The position numbers and the translations under genes are program-made. The notes beneath the pieces are model-generated. The model was not told where the DNA came from and searched no databases. It saw nothing but the letters and a program-made list of their open reading frames with translations. A stretch of 62,868 nucleotides of DNA, the filler included, from Chiloscyllium plagiosum (lineage: Eukaryota): NCBI RefSeq assembly GCF_004010195.1. It is 6 parts of one record of this genome, joined end to end, with 100 filler letters (N's around TTAATTAATTAA, not from the genome) between each part and the next. Parts side by side here need not be neighbours in the genome. Positions count along the whole stretch, not along the records: positions 1 to 13,532 come from NC_057717.1; positions 13,633 to 28,314 come from NC_057717.1; 4 more parts are not named here. One strand, given 5' to 3'. Positions 12,273 through 24,289 of this stretch are shown here, piece by piece (within the stretch, counting starts at the first letter, position 1; the number at the start of each line of letters is the position of its first letter).

Positions 12273-12864
12273 TGTAGAATAAAGGTAAAGCAGTGTTACT
12301 TCTGCGACCGTAATTGCTTATTAACATCAGTATAAAATTATTTCAGCCAAATTACTAATTCCTATTGAATAAAATAAACTAACAAAGGAATGAAAACTAT
12401 GTGGAAGGAGTACGTATTTACTTTTCCTGGCTAAAATATGAATACAGGAATGAAAGGTGCCTGAAAACAATGGAAAATTTTACAGAAAAACAGATAAGGT
12501 GAAAAGAACATCAAGATATGCCAAGTTCAGCACATTTCCCTCATGTCAGCACTGAAGCGAGCCAAGTCATTTACAAATAAAGGATAGGGATGTGGGTCGC
12601 CCAGCTTGGAGTAGGGAGAGAAATAAACAAGGGCGGAGCCCAGCTGGGCAGGGACAGAACACAATAAGGAAGATTGATAGGTTTGAAGGCCAATGAGGTA
12701 AACGGTCAAGCACCGAAAATTAAACTGTATAAATTATGGAGTAATTTATGGAGTGGGGTGCCTACTTTCTTGACCCCACTTCTTGCAAGAACGTTGCAAT
12801 AAAATTCGTTGCTTCAAAATTTGACTCGGACTGAAATTTATGATACTGTGATCTCTGTTTCTCA
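12273..12864 (+). repeat. ERV-A 3' LTR
   Basis: TGTAGAATAAAGGTAAAGCAGTG...CTCTGTTTCTCA, with AATAAA at 12798; aligns with the 5' LTR. Confidence 0.9.
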
Positions 12865-13235
12865 CATTCGGGATACGGAGCGGGTTATTGAGAATCATAC
12901 AAGGGAGGTACTTACTCCTCAACCACGTGAAAAATGTTGATGGATTACTGTCAAGAGTGGGAAAGGAATCCAGCAGACAGTGCTGGGATCTCCTATGGTG
13001 GGCCCCCTCAGCAACAAGTGTACTGTTTTGGATACTGTTTGCGCGTTGACTTATTAGGGGTAAGAATGGGCAGCAGGAATCTCACACAGAGTGTGTCCCT
13101 GTTGCTCAGCGGGGAAGGCGGAAGGGGAGCAGATCTTTGTCATTGGGGACTCCGTAGTTAAGGAGACAGAGAAGAGTTTTTTATTGGAATGAGAGGGACT
13201 CATATTTGCTGTGCTGTCTCCCATGTGCCAGGTTT
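12865..13235 (+). mobile_element. CR1 ORF1 (esterase region) fragment
   Basis: PLSNKCTVLDTV and VIGDSVVK-like CR1 ORF1 motifs. Confidence 0.65.
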
Positions 13236-13320
13236 TAGAACATAGAACATAGAACATTACAGCGCAGTACAGGCCCTTCAGCCCTCGATGTACGCCGACC
13301 TGTCATACCAATGTGAACTG

Positions 13321-13532
13321 AAAATGTGTTGCTGGAACAGCGCAGCAGGTCAGGCAGCATCCAGGGAACAGGAAAATCGACATTTCGGGCATACGACCTT
13401 CTTCAGGAATGAGGAAAGTGTGTCCAGCAGGCTAAGATAAAAGGTAGGGAGGAGGGACTTGGGGGAGGGGCGTTGGAATTGCGATACGTGGAAGGAGGTC
13501 AAGGTGAGGGTGATAGGCCGGAGTGGGGTGGG
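13321..13532 (-). mobile_element. Penelope-like terminal repeat fragment
   Basis: GCTGGAACAGCGCAGCAGGTCAGGCAGCATCC...CTTCAGGAATGAGG; same family as 62400-62790. Confidence 0.75.
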
Positions 13533-13632
13533 NNNNNNNNNNNNNNNNNNNNNNNNNNNNNNNNNNNNNNNNNNNNTTAATTAATTAANNNNNNNNNNNN
13601 NNNNNNNNNNNNNNNNNNNNNNNNNNNNNNNN
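13533..13632. other. Artificial contig spacer (44N-TTAATTAATTAA-44N)
   Basis: Identical 100-bp spacers recur at 28315-28414, 40269-40368, 50605-50704 and 59621-59720. TTAATTAATTAA gives stop codons in all six frames. Confidence 0.95.
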
Positions 13633-15015
13633 GGTGACCAGAACTCTACACAATACTCCAAGTGCGGTTGCACCAGAGGTTTATCCAGCTGCAGCATAAC
13701 CTCATGGTTCCGTAACACGATCCCTCTATTAATTAAAGGTAAAACACTGTATGCCTTCTTAACAGCCCTGTCAACCTGGGTGGCAACTTTCTAGGATCTG
13801 TGTACACGGACACCAAGACCTCTCTGCTCATCTACACTACCACGAATCTTACCATTAGGCCAGTACTTCGCATTCCAGTTACTCAACCGAAGTGATTCAC
13901 CGCACACTTGTCCAGATTAAATTCCATTTGCCACCTGTCAGCTCAGCTCTGCATCTTATCTATGTCTCTCTGTAATCTACAATATCCTTTGTCACTATCC
14001 ACAACTCCACCGACCTTTGTGTCGTCTGCAAATTTACTAACCGACCCTTGCACGTTCTCATCCAGGTCGTTTATAAAAATGACGAACAGCAGTGGACCCA
14101 ACACCGCCACTTGCGGTACACCACTGGTAACTGGACTCCAGGATGAATCTTTCCCATCAACCGCCACCCTCTGCCTTCTTTCAGCCAGCCAATTATTGAT
14201 CCGAACAGCAATGTCTTCCACCATCCCATTCTTCCGTATTTTGTGCGATAGCCAACTGTAGGGAACCTTATCGAACGCCTCGAAAGCCATACACACCCCA
14301 TCAACCAGTTTACACTCATCTACCTGTTTCGTCACCTTCTGAAAGATTTCAATAAGATTGAAGCACGACCTACCCTTCACAAAACCGTGCTGGCTATCCC
14401 CAATCAAATTATTATTTTCTAGATGATCATAAATCCTATCTCTTATAACCTTTTCCAACACTTTACCAACAATTGAAGTAAGGTTCACTGGTCTATAATT
14501 ACCAGGGTTGTCTCTACTCCCCTTCTTGAACAGAGGAACCACATTTGCTATCCTACAGTCTTCTGGCACTAATCGGGTAGACAATAACGATTTAAAGATC
14601 AATGATAAAGTCTCTGAAATCTCCTCCCTGGCTTCCCGAGGAACCTAGGATAAATCGCATCTGGCCCAGGGGCCTTATCTATTTTCACACTCTGTAGGAT
14701 TTCTAATACCTCTTCCTTGTAAAACTCAGTCACACCTAGTCCAGTAGCCTGGATCTCAGTACTCTCCTCGACAACATTATCGTTTTCTAGAGTAAATACT
14801 GTCGAAAAATATCCATTTAGGGCATCCCCTATCTCCTCTGACTCCACTCACAAATTCCCACTACTAGCCTTGATTGGCCCTAATCTTACTCTCGTCATTC
14901 TTTTAATCCTTAAATACCTGATCCTCTCTGCCAACAACTTTTCACGTCTCTTCCTGGCTCTTCTGAGCTCTCTCTTTCGGTCTTTGACGTTTGTGATAGT
15001 GTTTTGTGAATTTTA
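13633..15015 (-). mobile_element. CR1 LINE ORF2 (reverse transcriptase) fragment
   Basis: ANVVPLFKKGSRDNPGNYRPVNLTSIVGK, SQHGFVKGRSC, SGVPQ..LGPLLFVIFINDLD, KFADDTK. Confidence 0.95.
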
Positions 15016-15809
15016 ATGAGTAGGGGTAACAGCTCCAAGTCATGGTCCACATGGGCACCAACGATATAAGTAGGAAGAAATTCAGTGAGCGAGAATGGAA
15101 GGTTAGAGATCGAACAAAAAATGTTGATATCTCTGGTTTGTGGCCTTGCCACGTGCCGGTGAGGTGTGGAACAGGGAGAGAGCGGAGCTGTGAAGGTGGC
15201 TGCAGGGATGGTACAGGAGGGAATGTTTTGGATTCTTGGCTGATTGGAGCTCTTTCTGGGGAAGGCGATATCTCTACAAACAGGATGGTCTTCACCTGAA
15301 CCAGTGGGGTACTAACAACCTGGGGTGGTCTAATTCGTTAATCTTGTCCCTGGAAGCAAAAAATGGGGAACAGGGAAGAAATTCAGTGAGCGAGAATGGA
15401 AGGTTAGAGATCTGAATTATAGTTCCACCGTAAAAGAAATTGACGTGAGTGACGTCAGTTTAGATTTACAAGATTGCAAGAGGGCACTGTAATCAGCTTG
15501 TCAGTTTGAAATGTGTGTACTTTAATGCCAGTCGCATCTGGATTAAGGTGAGTGAACGTCCCGCATGGAGTGGGACTTGGGATTTCGATGATCTGGCCAA
15601 TTCAAAGACATGGCCGGAGGAGGGACAGGAATGGTTGTTGCGGATTCATGGATTTGGGTGTTTCACTAAGAATAGAGAAGATGTCAAACGAGGGGGAGTA
15701 TGTGACATTGTTCTTCACGAGTTGCATTATAGCAGCTAAGAAAACATTTGCGAACTCATCTACTGAGGTAATTTGCGCTGAGGTTAGAAACAGAAAAGTC
15801 GGGGTCACC
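15016..15809 (+). mobile_element. CR1 ORF1 end and ORF2 endonuclease fragment
   Basis: VMVHMGTNDI (SGNH-type ORF1), KCVYFNAS, STEVICAEVRNRK. Confidence 0.8.
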
Positions 15810-16378
15810 CGTCCCCCTCACACACCTCAGTCGAAGCAAAACGCTCAGAGACACATTAAGGTTTTACCGCCTTCACCTTTATTCCGGGCTCTGGAAGGAG
15901 AGAGAATGATTGCCCATGTGCACAAAGACATGAATTCACGGTCTTCTCTGGAACAGCACTTTCCCAAAACATCATACACTCATATTCAGGGACAAGCATC
16001 GAGATAAGTCAACATGCATACTGATTAGGTGACCATTACAATTAGTGATCATCGGCATTAAAGTTTGAGCCATATGCTGTTACACAATGAGTAACTAGTT
16101 TCACAGAATGAATGCTTTTCACTTTGTTAAACTGACCTCAAAAACTGAATGCTGTCTCATATTGTTAAATGGCTCGTCAGAATTAATGTTTTTTCCATAT
16201 TGTTGATATATTACTCCAGCCTCCAGCACGCCATTGGTTACTTAGAAATTATCTGATCACAGTTATGCTCAGCTGAGCGTTTTGATTCACAAAACTCAGA
16301 ACGCGAATCTTTCCCTGCCTGCACAAAACTTAGATCTTAACTCTTTCCATGCCTGATTATAGCCTATAAACATTCTCA
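15810..16378 (-). mobile_element. Probable solo LTR of an unrelated LTR element
   Basis: About 570 bp of non-coding sequence between CR1 pieces. Minus strand begins TGAGAATG, has AATAAA about 70 nt from its end, and ends GGGGACG (possibly a decayed CA). No TSD found. Confidence 0.45.
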
Positions 16379-18447
16379 GTGATATCAGGGAGAGGTTTTC
16401 AAGATTGAGACAGGGCACAGGAAATCTGAATTTCGGTTGGTAATGTGTGCAATTCAATGCCAGTAGCATCCAGAATAAGGTGGGCGAACTTGCAGCATCG
16501 AGTGGGATCTGGGATTTCGATCTTGTGGCCGTTTCAGAGATAGGGGTAGAGGAGCGACAGGAATAGATGTTGCACATTCTGTGATTTCGATGTTTCAGTA
16601 AGAACAGAGAAGATGTCAAAAGCGGGGAGGATGTGGTATTGTTAATCAAATATAGTATTACAGCAGCTGGGATAACTTTTGAGGACTCATCCACTGAGGT
16701 CATTTGGGCTGAGGTGAGAAACAGGAACAGTCGGTCCCCATGTTGGAAGATTTCGAGAGGCCTCTGAATTGTTCTAGCGATGCAGAAGAAAGGGCAGCAA
16801 AAATGATTCTCGAAAGTAGTGAGAATAACAGGGAAGTTATTACTGGGGACTTCAACTTCCCCAGTATTGACTGGGAATATGATGTTCAATGAGTGTAGAT
16901 GCGTCAGTTTTGTTCAATGTGTGCTGGAGGTTTTTCCCTGACACAGTATGTAGACAGGCCAACAAGGACCGATGCCATAGTGGATTGCATGCTGGGGAAT
17001 GAACCCGACCAGGTGTTATTTTTGGATGTAGGTCATCGCTTTGGTGATAGTGACCACAACTTGATTAGATTAGTAATAGCAACGGGCAAGGATAGATATA
17101 TAGCGCAGGGAAAACAGTTGAAGTGCGGGCACGGCAATTATGATGTGATCAGTTAAGACGTAGGATGCACAGGACGGCGAATGAAACTGCAGCGGCTAGA
17201 TACATTTGAAATGTAGAGCTTTTTCAAGGAAGTGCTACTGCGAGTCTTTGGTAAGTACAATACATACCAATCAGGCCTGGAGAAGGAGCCATGGTTTACT
17301 AAAGAATTTGAAGTTCTTGTAAAGAGGAAGAAGAAAGCGTATGTGAGGATGAGAAGTGAAGGCTCAGGTAGGGGGCATGAGAGTTATTAGTTAGCCAAAA
17401 AAGATCTAAGAGAGGGCTGAGAGCCAGCAGGGGACATGAGATGTTGTTTGCTGATAAGATCAAGGAAAATTCTAAGGCCTTCTATCGGTATATCGGGAAT
17501 AAAGGAAAGACGAGAGTAAGGATAGGGTAGTCAAAGGTAGTAGTGGGAAGTTGTGTTTGGAATTTGAGGACATAGAAGAAACGCTGGGTGAATACTCTTC
17601 GTCAGTATTCATGATAGAAAAGGGCAATGTTTGTGAGAATATGGAGATACAGGCCAAAAGACTGGGGGATAGAAAATGTTTTCCCTTGTTTAAGAAGGGG
17701 AGTCGGGACAACTCCATGGTAATTATTGGCCAGTCAGCGTTACGTCAGTTGTGACGAATGTGTTGGAAATGGTGACAAAATATAGGATTCATAATCATCT
17801 GGAAATTAATAATTGATTACGGATAATCAACACGGTTTTGAGCAGAGGAGGTCGTGCCTCACAAACCTTATCGAGTTCTTCGAGACTGTGACAAAACAGG
17901 TGGCTGAAAGTAAAGCAGTCGATGTGTTATATATGGACTTCAGTAAGGCGTTTGCTCACGTTCCACACGGTAGGCTATTGCACAAACTACGGAGTTTCGG
18001 GATTAAATGAGATTTAGCGGTTTGGATCAGAAATTGTCCAACTGAAAGAAGACAGAGAGTGATGGTTGATTGGAATAGTTCATCCTGGAGCTCAGCTATC
18101 AATGGCGTGCTGCAAGGATCTGTTTTGCAGTCAATGCTGTTTCTCATTTTTATAAATAACCTGAATGTGGGAGTCGAAGGATGGGTGAGTAAATTTGCGG
18201 CTGACTCGAAGGCAGGCAGAGTTGTGGATAGTGTTGAAGGAAATTATGGGTTACAAAGGGACATAGATAAGCTGAAGATTTTTTTTTAAAGATGTGACAA
18301 ATGGAGTTTAATGCGGAAAGTTGTGCGGTAGCCCACTTTGGAAGAAGTAGCAGGAATGCAGAGTGGTGGACGAATGGTAAAATTCTTGGCAGTGCAGAGG
18401 AACAGAGATGTCTCGATGTTCAGGTGCATAAATCCCTGAAGGTTGCC
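16379..18447 (+). mobile_element. CR1 LINE ORF2 (endonuclease plus RT), decayed
   Basis: FNASSI, LTQYVDRPTR, GDSDHN, NQHGF..SCLTNLIEFFE, YMDFSKAF, GVLQGSVL, KFAADSK. Confidence 0.9.
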
Positions 18448-18947
18448 NNNNNNNNNNNNNNNNNNNNNNNNNNNNNNNNNNNNNNNNNNNNNNNNNNNNN
18501 NNNNNNNNNNNNNNNNNNNNNNNNNNNNNNNNNNNNNNNNNNNNNNNNNNNNNNNNNNNNNNNNNNNNNNNNNNNNNNNNNNNNNNNNNNNNNNNNNNNN
18601 NNNNNNNNNNNNNNNNNNNNNNNNNNNNNNNNNNNNNNNNNNNNNNNNNNNNNNNNNNNNNNNNNNNNNNNNNNNNNNNNNNNNNNNNNNNNNNNNNNNN
18701 NNNNNNNNNNNNNNNNNNNNNNNNNNNNNNNNNNNNNNNNNNNNNNNNNNNNNNNNNNNNNNNNNNNNNNNNNNNNNNNNNNNNNNNNNNNNNNNNNNNN
18801 NNNNNNNNNNNNNNNNNNNNNNNNNNNNNNNNNNNNNNNNNNNNNNNNNNNNNNNNNNNNNNNNNNNNNNNNNNNNNNNNNNNNNNNNNNNNNNNNNNNN
18901 NNNNNNNNNNNNNNNNNNNNNNNNNNNNNNNNNNNNNNNNNNNNNNN

Positions 18948-20680
18948 GACCTGATCTACAGCTCAACTTTATTAACTCTTGGGAAATAAGACAGGGCAAG
19001 TGATTGAGCTATTAGATTCGGAGCACTTTGCGACCAGTAACCTTAATTCTATTCGGTTGAAAATAGTTCTGATAAAAGATATATCTGGTACACAAGTTAA
19101 CGTTATGAACTGGGGCAAGGTCAATTTTGCTGGTGTCAGGCTGGTACTTTCAAAAGATGATCTGAGCATGTTATTTCCATGTTAAGAATTATCTGGCAAG
19201 TCGAGATCTTTGAAAAGCAAAATCGGACGAGTTCAGAGACAGCATTCTTTGATAGCGTGAAGGTCAATGCTGGCAGCAGTAAGGTAGAGTACATGACAGG
19301 GGATATTGAGACTGTGCTCAAGAAAAAGAAGAAGCTATATGTCAGATATATGCAGCTGGGATCAAGGGGATGCCTTGAGCATACGAGGTGTGGGAGAACA
19401 CCAGGGAAATCAGAAAAGCGAAAAGGCGTCATGAGATAGCTTTGTCAAATAGAGTTAAGTAAAATCAAAGACTTTCTACACGCATATTAAGGCCAAATGA
19501 GAAACTAGGGATAGAATTAGAGCCCCTTAAAATCAATCAGCCATTTTTTGTGTGGAACCACAGAAGATAAATTAGACTTATTAGGTTTATTGACACATGT
19601 ATTCACATGAGTACATCGAAAAGATTACAATTCCCACAGGTGACAAAATCGAAAGTACAAAAGTAAATCCCAGCCCTCTCCGGTCCAAAGTCTTGGGACA
19701 AATCAGAAAAACAAAAATAAAGAAAACAAAGTTAAAGGGTACACATTACACTCTTTCCTATAAAAGTAGAAGAAAAACACAGAAACACAGTTAACAGTTC
19801 AACAATACAGCCCATAAATGCCTGGCCATTCTGTGCTCACACTCCTTACAAGGTCTCGAACTCCCCCTACTCCGCTGCCTCACAGCCTGTTGCTGCTCAA
19901 TACTTGAGATCTCACATGAATGTGTTACATCAGTATTTACTGTGGAGAACTTGGGGAAATAAATCATAAAACATAATGATGTTTTGGAACGAGGCCACAT
20001 TATAGAAGAGGCATTACTGGAGGTCTGAAAATGCACAACTGTATAAAAATACCCAGGACCTGTTCAAGTTTATCACAGGTCATTGTTGGAAGCTATGGAA
20101 GAAATGGGGCAATGGGAGCGCTGTCTTGCGTGATATGTGTATCATTCCTCCTAGTATGAGGAAAGATCACTGGATCGAAACATTAATTCTGATCTCGCTG
20201 CACTGATGCTGCCAGACCTGCTGAGATTTTCCAGCAAATGTTTCTGAATTACAAGATCTGCAGTTCTTTCTGTATTTACTTGCGTCATTGACAGGCACAG
20301 GTGAGGTGCTGGAGGACTGAAAGACAGCTAATGTTGTGCAATTATTTCTAAAAAGGCTGCTATGAAATGCCAGGGAGCTACAGACTGTGAGTCGGATATC
20401 AGGGGGGTGGCTCAATGTTTGGAGGAGATTCTGAGTGACAGGGTTTAAATGTATTTCGAAACGCAAGGCCTGATTATGAATAGTTAGCATGACTTTGTGT
20501 ATGGCAAGACATCAGTGATTTTTTTTCAAGAGGTTACCAAGAAGACACATGAAGGTCAAACAATATAAATTGTCTATGCAGAACTTACATAGGCCTAACA
20601 TGATAGCCTGGTTAATAAGGTTAAATCACGGGGGATCAGGGAGAGCGAGCCAATTAGGTACAAAATTGTTGTAACAGCAG
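18948..20680 (+). mobile_element. Decayed CR1 ORF2 with small insertions
   Basis: EHFATSNLNS, NWGKVNF, TANVVQLFLK. A Penelope terminal-repeat remnant lies at ~20165-20260. Confidence 0.7.
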
Positions 20681-20899
20681 TTGTCAAGGCATGGTAGGAG
20701 AGAGGTTTTGAGACCAGCTGTGAAATTTCGCCCGGGATAATCCCTCTGTCTATCATTACCTTCAAACCGATCTATTGTACAGTGACAAGTGTGAGTGAAC
20801 ATGTCAGGGTCAGAATCATGTGAACATAAAACTGATGACAACCTGTTTAAGCTACTGCACGTGTCTGTTTACATGACAAATAGCAGCACCAACATCTGA

Positions 20900-21790
20900 T
20901 AGGGAGGGCGCAGTGATCCCAAAACCAACAGATCAAATCGAAGCTGTTCAGTCCTGCCACATCCAGTCAAACAATGTGATTAACTATTAAACAATTCAAT
21001 GGAGGAAAGGTTTCCAGAAATATTCCCAAAATGAAAAATGGAGCAAGCTTGCACCTCAGTGTGAAAGACAGGATTTGGTACCTGCGCCATCCTCAGACAG
21101 AAGTGTTGAGTCAATGATCTACCTCAGCCTCGCCATGATGCCCACAGAAACACAGATGTCAGTCTTCACACAATTCGATTCGCTGCAAGTGATATGAAGA
21201 AACAGCTGAACATAGTAAATACCACAAAGGCAAAGGGCCCTGACACCAGTCCTGCAATAGGAATGAAGATTGGTGCTGCACAACAAGCTGTGTCCCTGGG
21301 GAACCTATTTCATTCCAGCTCCAACTCTGACATCTATCTGACATTTCCCTGAAAATGTGAAAAGTTACTCAACTATGTCCAGTCCACTAAGAGGAGAAAA
21401 GTACAATCTGACCGATTGCTACACCCGCAGTCCCATCACAATAGTCAATTTGGTGGGAGTTGTTTCGTTACAGACCTGCCAGCAGCACAGAAATAACCTG
21501 CTCAGTGTGGTTTCCGATCGGTCCTCGTGTGGAGATGGTTTTGTTGTGGAAATGTCACTGGAATACTTATCCAGATCAGCCTAATTCTCTGGCAGCTGGT
21601 AGAAATTAAAAAAAAAGGCGGGGGGGGAAGCAGTTAACAAAACATTGAGATCTAAATTCTGGAGTCAGTAACAGTGACCCTGAAGCTAATGTCGATTGTA
21701 AACAATGATTTCCTTCCACAATGTACTTTCAGGAAGTGAATATTCTGTGCTTTCCTGTTCTGGCCAAAAAGTTACTCCACACACACAGAA
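20900..21790 (+). mobile_element. Decayed LINE of a second family (clade unresolved)
   Basis: CSVLPHPV/SPATS and TTKAKGPDTSPAIGMKIGAAQ-like pre-RT segment; probably related to 26290-27340. Confidence 0.5.
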
Positions 21791-24015
21791 ATGTGAGAGA
21801 GGGAGAAACCTAAAGCTTTCTATCGGTATGTGAATAATAAAAGGATGACATGGGTAAGGATAGGGCCAGTCAAGACAGAAGTGGGAAGTTGTGTATGGAC
21901 ACTGTGGAGATCGTATAGATACTAAACGAATATTTCTCATCTATTTTCACTCAGGAAAGGGAGAATATTGTCGAGCAGAAGAATGAGATATGAGCTATTA
22001 GACTAGAACGGATCAAGTGAAGAAGAGGCGTTATCTGTTTTAGAATGAGTGAAAGTAGACAAGCGCACCGAGATTTATCCGAAGATTCTTTGGGAGCCAA
22101 GAGTGGAGATGTTGGAGCCTTGAGTTTTGAGTCGTCACTGTAGAATAGAATAGAATAGAATAGAAGAATACAGCGCAGTACAGGCCCTTTGGCCCTTGAC
22201 CCAGGTAATTCTAGACCAGTGATCCTTTCGTCTGTTGTATGAAACGTTTGGCAATGGATTGTAAGACATGTGATTTATACTGTCTAGCAAGCAACATTTG
22301 ATTGTAGATAGTCAACAGGGATTCATGTCAACACAGAAAAACTAGCCACCAGGATACATGAACACCAACCAGCCACAAAAAGACATTACGCTCTTTCACT
22401 AATAATCTTACGTACAGATAAGAAAGGACACCACTTCGACTGGGACAACACATGCAACTTATGACAAGCCAAACAGAGACACGCACGAGAATTACTAGAA
22501 GCATGGCATTGCAACTGGACCTCCATCAACAAACGAATTAGACCCCATCCACCACCCCCAGAGGAAAGGAACAGGAAATGACATCACCATAGGAAATGGC
22601 ACCACAACAGGAAATGACAATACCAACCCAAACAAACGCAAACATATAAATAGAAAGCAGGGATCATACACAGTTCTTCGCCTGAAACCCAATGAAGATG
22701 CCATCTAGTAGGTTGATGAAACGTCTGGAAATGAACCTTGCAGCTCAGCGAGCAAACCTACATCCAAAACATGACTTCGTCAAGAGCACGTCATGTCTCA
22801 CAAACCTCTTTGAATCTTTTGAGACGGTAACCAACCATGTGGATGAGGGTAGAGCTTTTGATGTAGCAGAAATTGACTTCAGCAAAGCCATTGACATGGT
22901 TGCACATTGTAGGCTGTGGAGAAAATCGAGAGGGATTGGGGGTAATTTCACAGTTTGGATTAGAAATTGGCTTTCCGTAAGAAGGTAGCGAGTGGTGGTT
23001 GATGGATGATTTTCAGCCTGGAGTTCAGTCACGAGTGGTGTGCCACTAGGGTCTATTTTGGGAGCACTGCTGTTCGTTATTTTTATAACTTGCTTGGACA
23101 TAGACACGGGTGGATGGATTAGTAAATTTACAGATGACACTAAAGTCGATGGACGAGTGGACAGTGTGGAAGAATGCTGCAGGTTGCACGCGTACTTGGG
23201 TAAACTGCAGAATTGTGCTGTGAGGTGGGAAATGGTGTTCAATGCAGATAAATATGATGTGAGTCACTTTGGAAAAATAACAAGAAGATAGAATGTTGAT
23301 TCAATGGAAAGATTCTTGGTATTGTGAATGTGCAAAGGAATCTTGGAATCCATGTACATAGATCCCTGAAAGTTGCCACCCTGAAAGTTTGATATTACTG
23401 TCAAAAAGACATACAGTGAATTACCTTTTATTTGTAGAGGGATTGAGTTCCAGAACCATAATCTCATGATGCATCTATAGCCTGGCCGCATTTGGAATAT
23501 TTTGTAATGTTTGGTATAACGGTCGCCCCATTACAGGAAGAATGTAGAAGCATTGGAAAAGGTGCAGTGGAGATTTACCTTGTCTGGAGGAAACGTCTTA
23601 TGAGGAAAGGCTGAGAGACGTGGGTCTGTTCTCATTGGAAAGAAGAAAGCTAAGAAGGGATTTGATGGTGACATATGAGATGATCAGAGGTAAGATAGGG
23701 TAGACGGTGAAAGTCGTTCTTTTCCTAGGATGGTGACGTCAAATTGTACGAGGGACATGGCTACAAATTGAGGACTGATATATTTAAGACAGATGCCAGA
23801 AGCAGTATCTTTACTCAAAAAGTGTTAAGGACGTGGGATGCCCTACCTGCCAATGTAGTTAACTCAGCCACATTAGGCAGGTTTAAACAATCCTTGGATA
23901 AGCACATGAATGATAATGGGATTGTTTGGGGTATAGGGTTACATTAATTCATAGGTCAGCGCAACATAGAGGACCGAAGGACCTGTTCTGCGCTGTATTG
24001 CTCTGTTTTCTATAT
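21790..24015 (+). mobile_element. CR1 ORF2 RT and 3' UTR, interrupted by Penelope
   Basis: SCLTNLFESFE, DFSKAID, GSILGALLFVIFI, KFTDDTK, and a 3' tail GTATTGCTCTGTTTTCTA. Confidence 0.88.
22330..22768 (+). mobile_element. Penelope-like element 3' fragment (GIY-YIG C-terminus and hammerhead-like motif)
   Basis: KLATRIHEHQPATKRH..HHFDWDNT..AKQRHARELLEAWH; ATGAAGA..GAAACGTC at ~22691-22726; inserted within the CR1 QHGF region. Confidence 0.82.
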
Positions 24016-24289
24016 TTGATGTGATAAATCCTTCAATGGTCTCTGAAACGGCCAAGGAAGATACTTAATAGTTCAAAACTGCTCTGTAAAAGGATAAAAC
24101 CAGACAGAACATTCAGCACAAGCCTCGGTTTCGGAAAAGGGAATCGGAAAATCAGTCCTATCGACTCTGCAGAGACATCTTTCCTAACATCTGAGAGCTT
24201 GTGGCAACATTTACAGAGCTTTACCTCAGACTGCAGAAAAACATCGGAAAAGGAGTAGGCTATTTAATATACTGAGCCTCCCCAATTTT

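Larger units (their letters stand above)
4053..12864 (+). mobile_element. Defective endogenous retrovirus, class I, HERV-I/IP-like (ERV-A), two LTRs
   Basis: Paired LTRs (TG...CA), PBS, PPT, and colinear gag-pro-RNaseH-IN-env remnants. The flanks CATA (4049-4052) and CATT (12865-12868) fit a decayed 4-bp TSD. Confidence 0.93.

Noticed and set aside
13577..13588. Recurrent palindrome TTAATTAATTAA (also 28359, 40313, 50649, 59665)
   Set aside because: Always centred in 44N+44N. It is an artificial six-frame-stop scaffolding linker, not a piggyBac TTAA site or biological repeat.
15073..15412. 38-bp exact direct repeat GGAAGAAATTCAGTGAGCGAGAATGGAAGGTTAGAGATC
   Set aside because: Lies within decayed CR1; probably a local templated duplication or assembly error with no functional signal.
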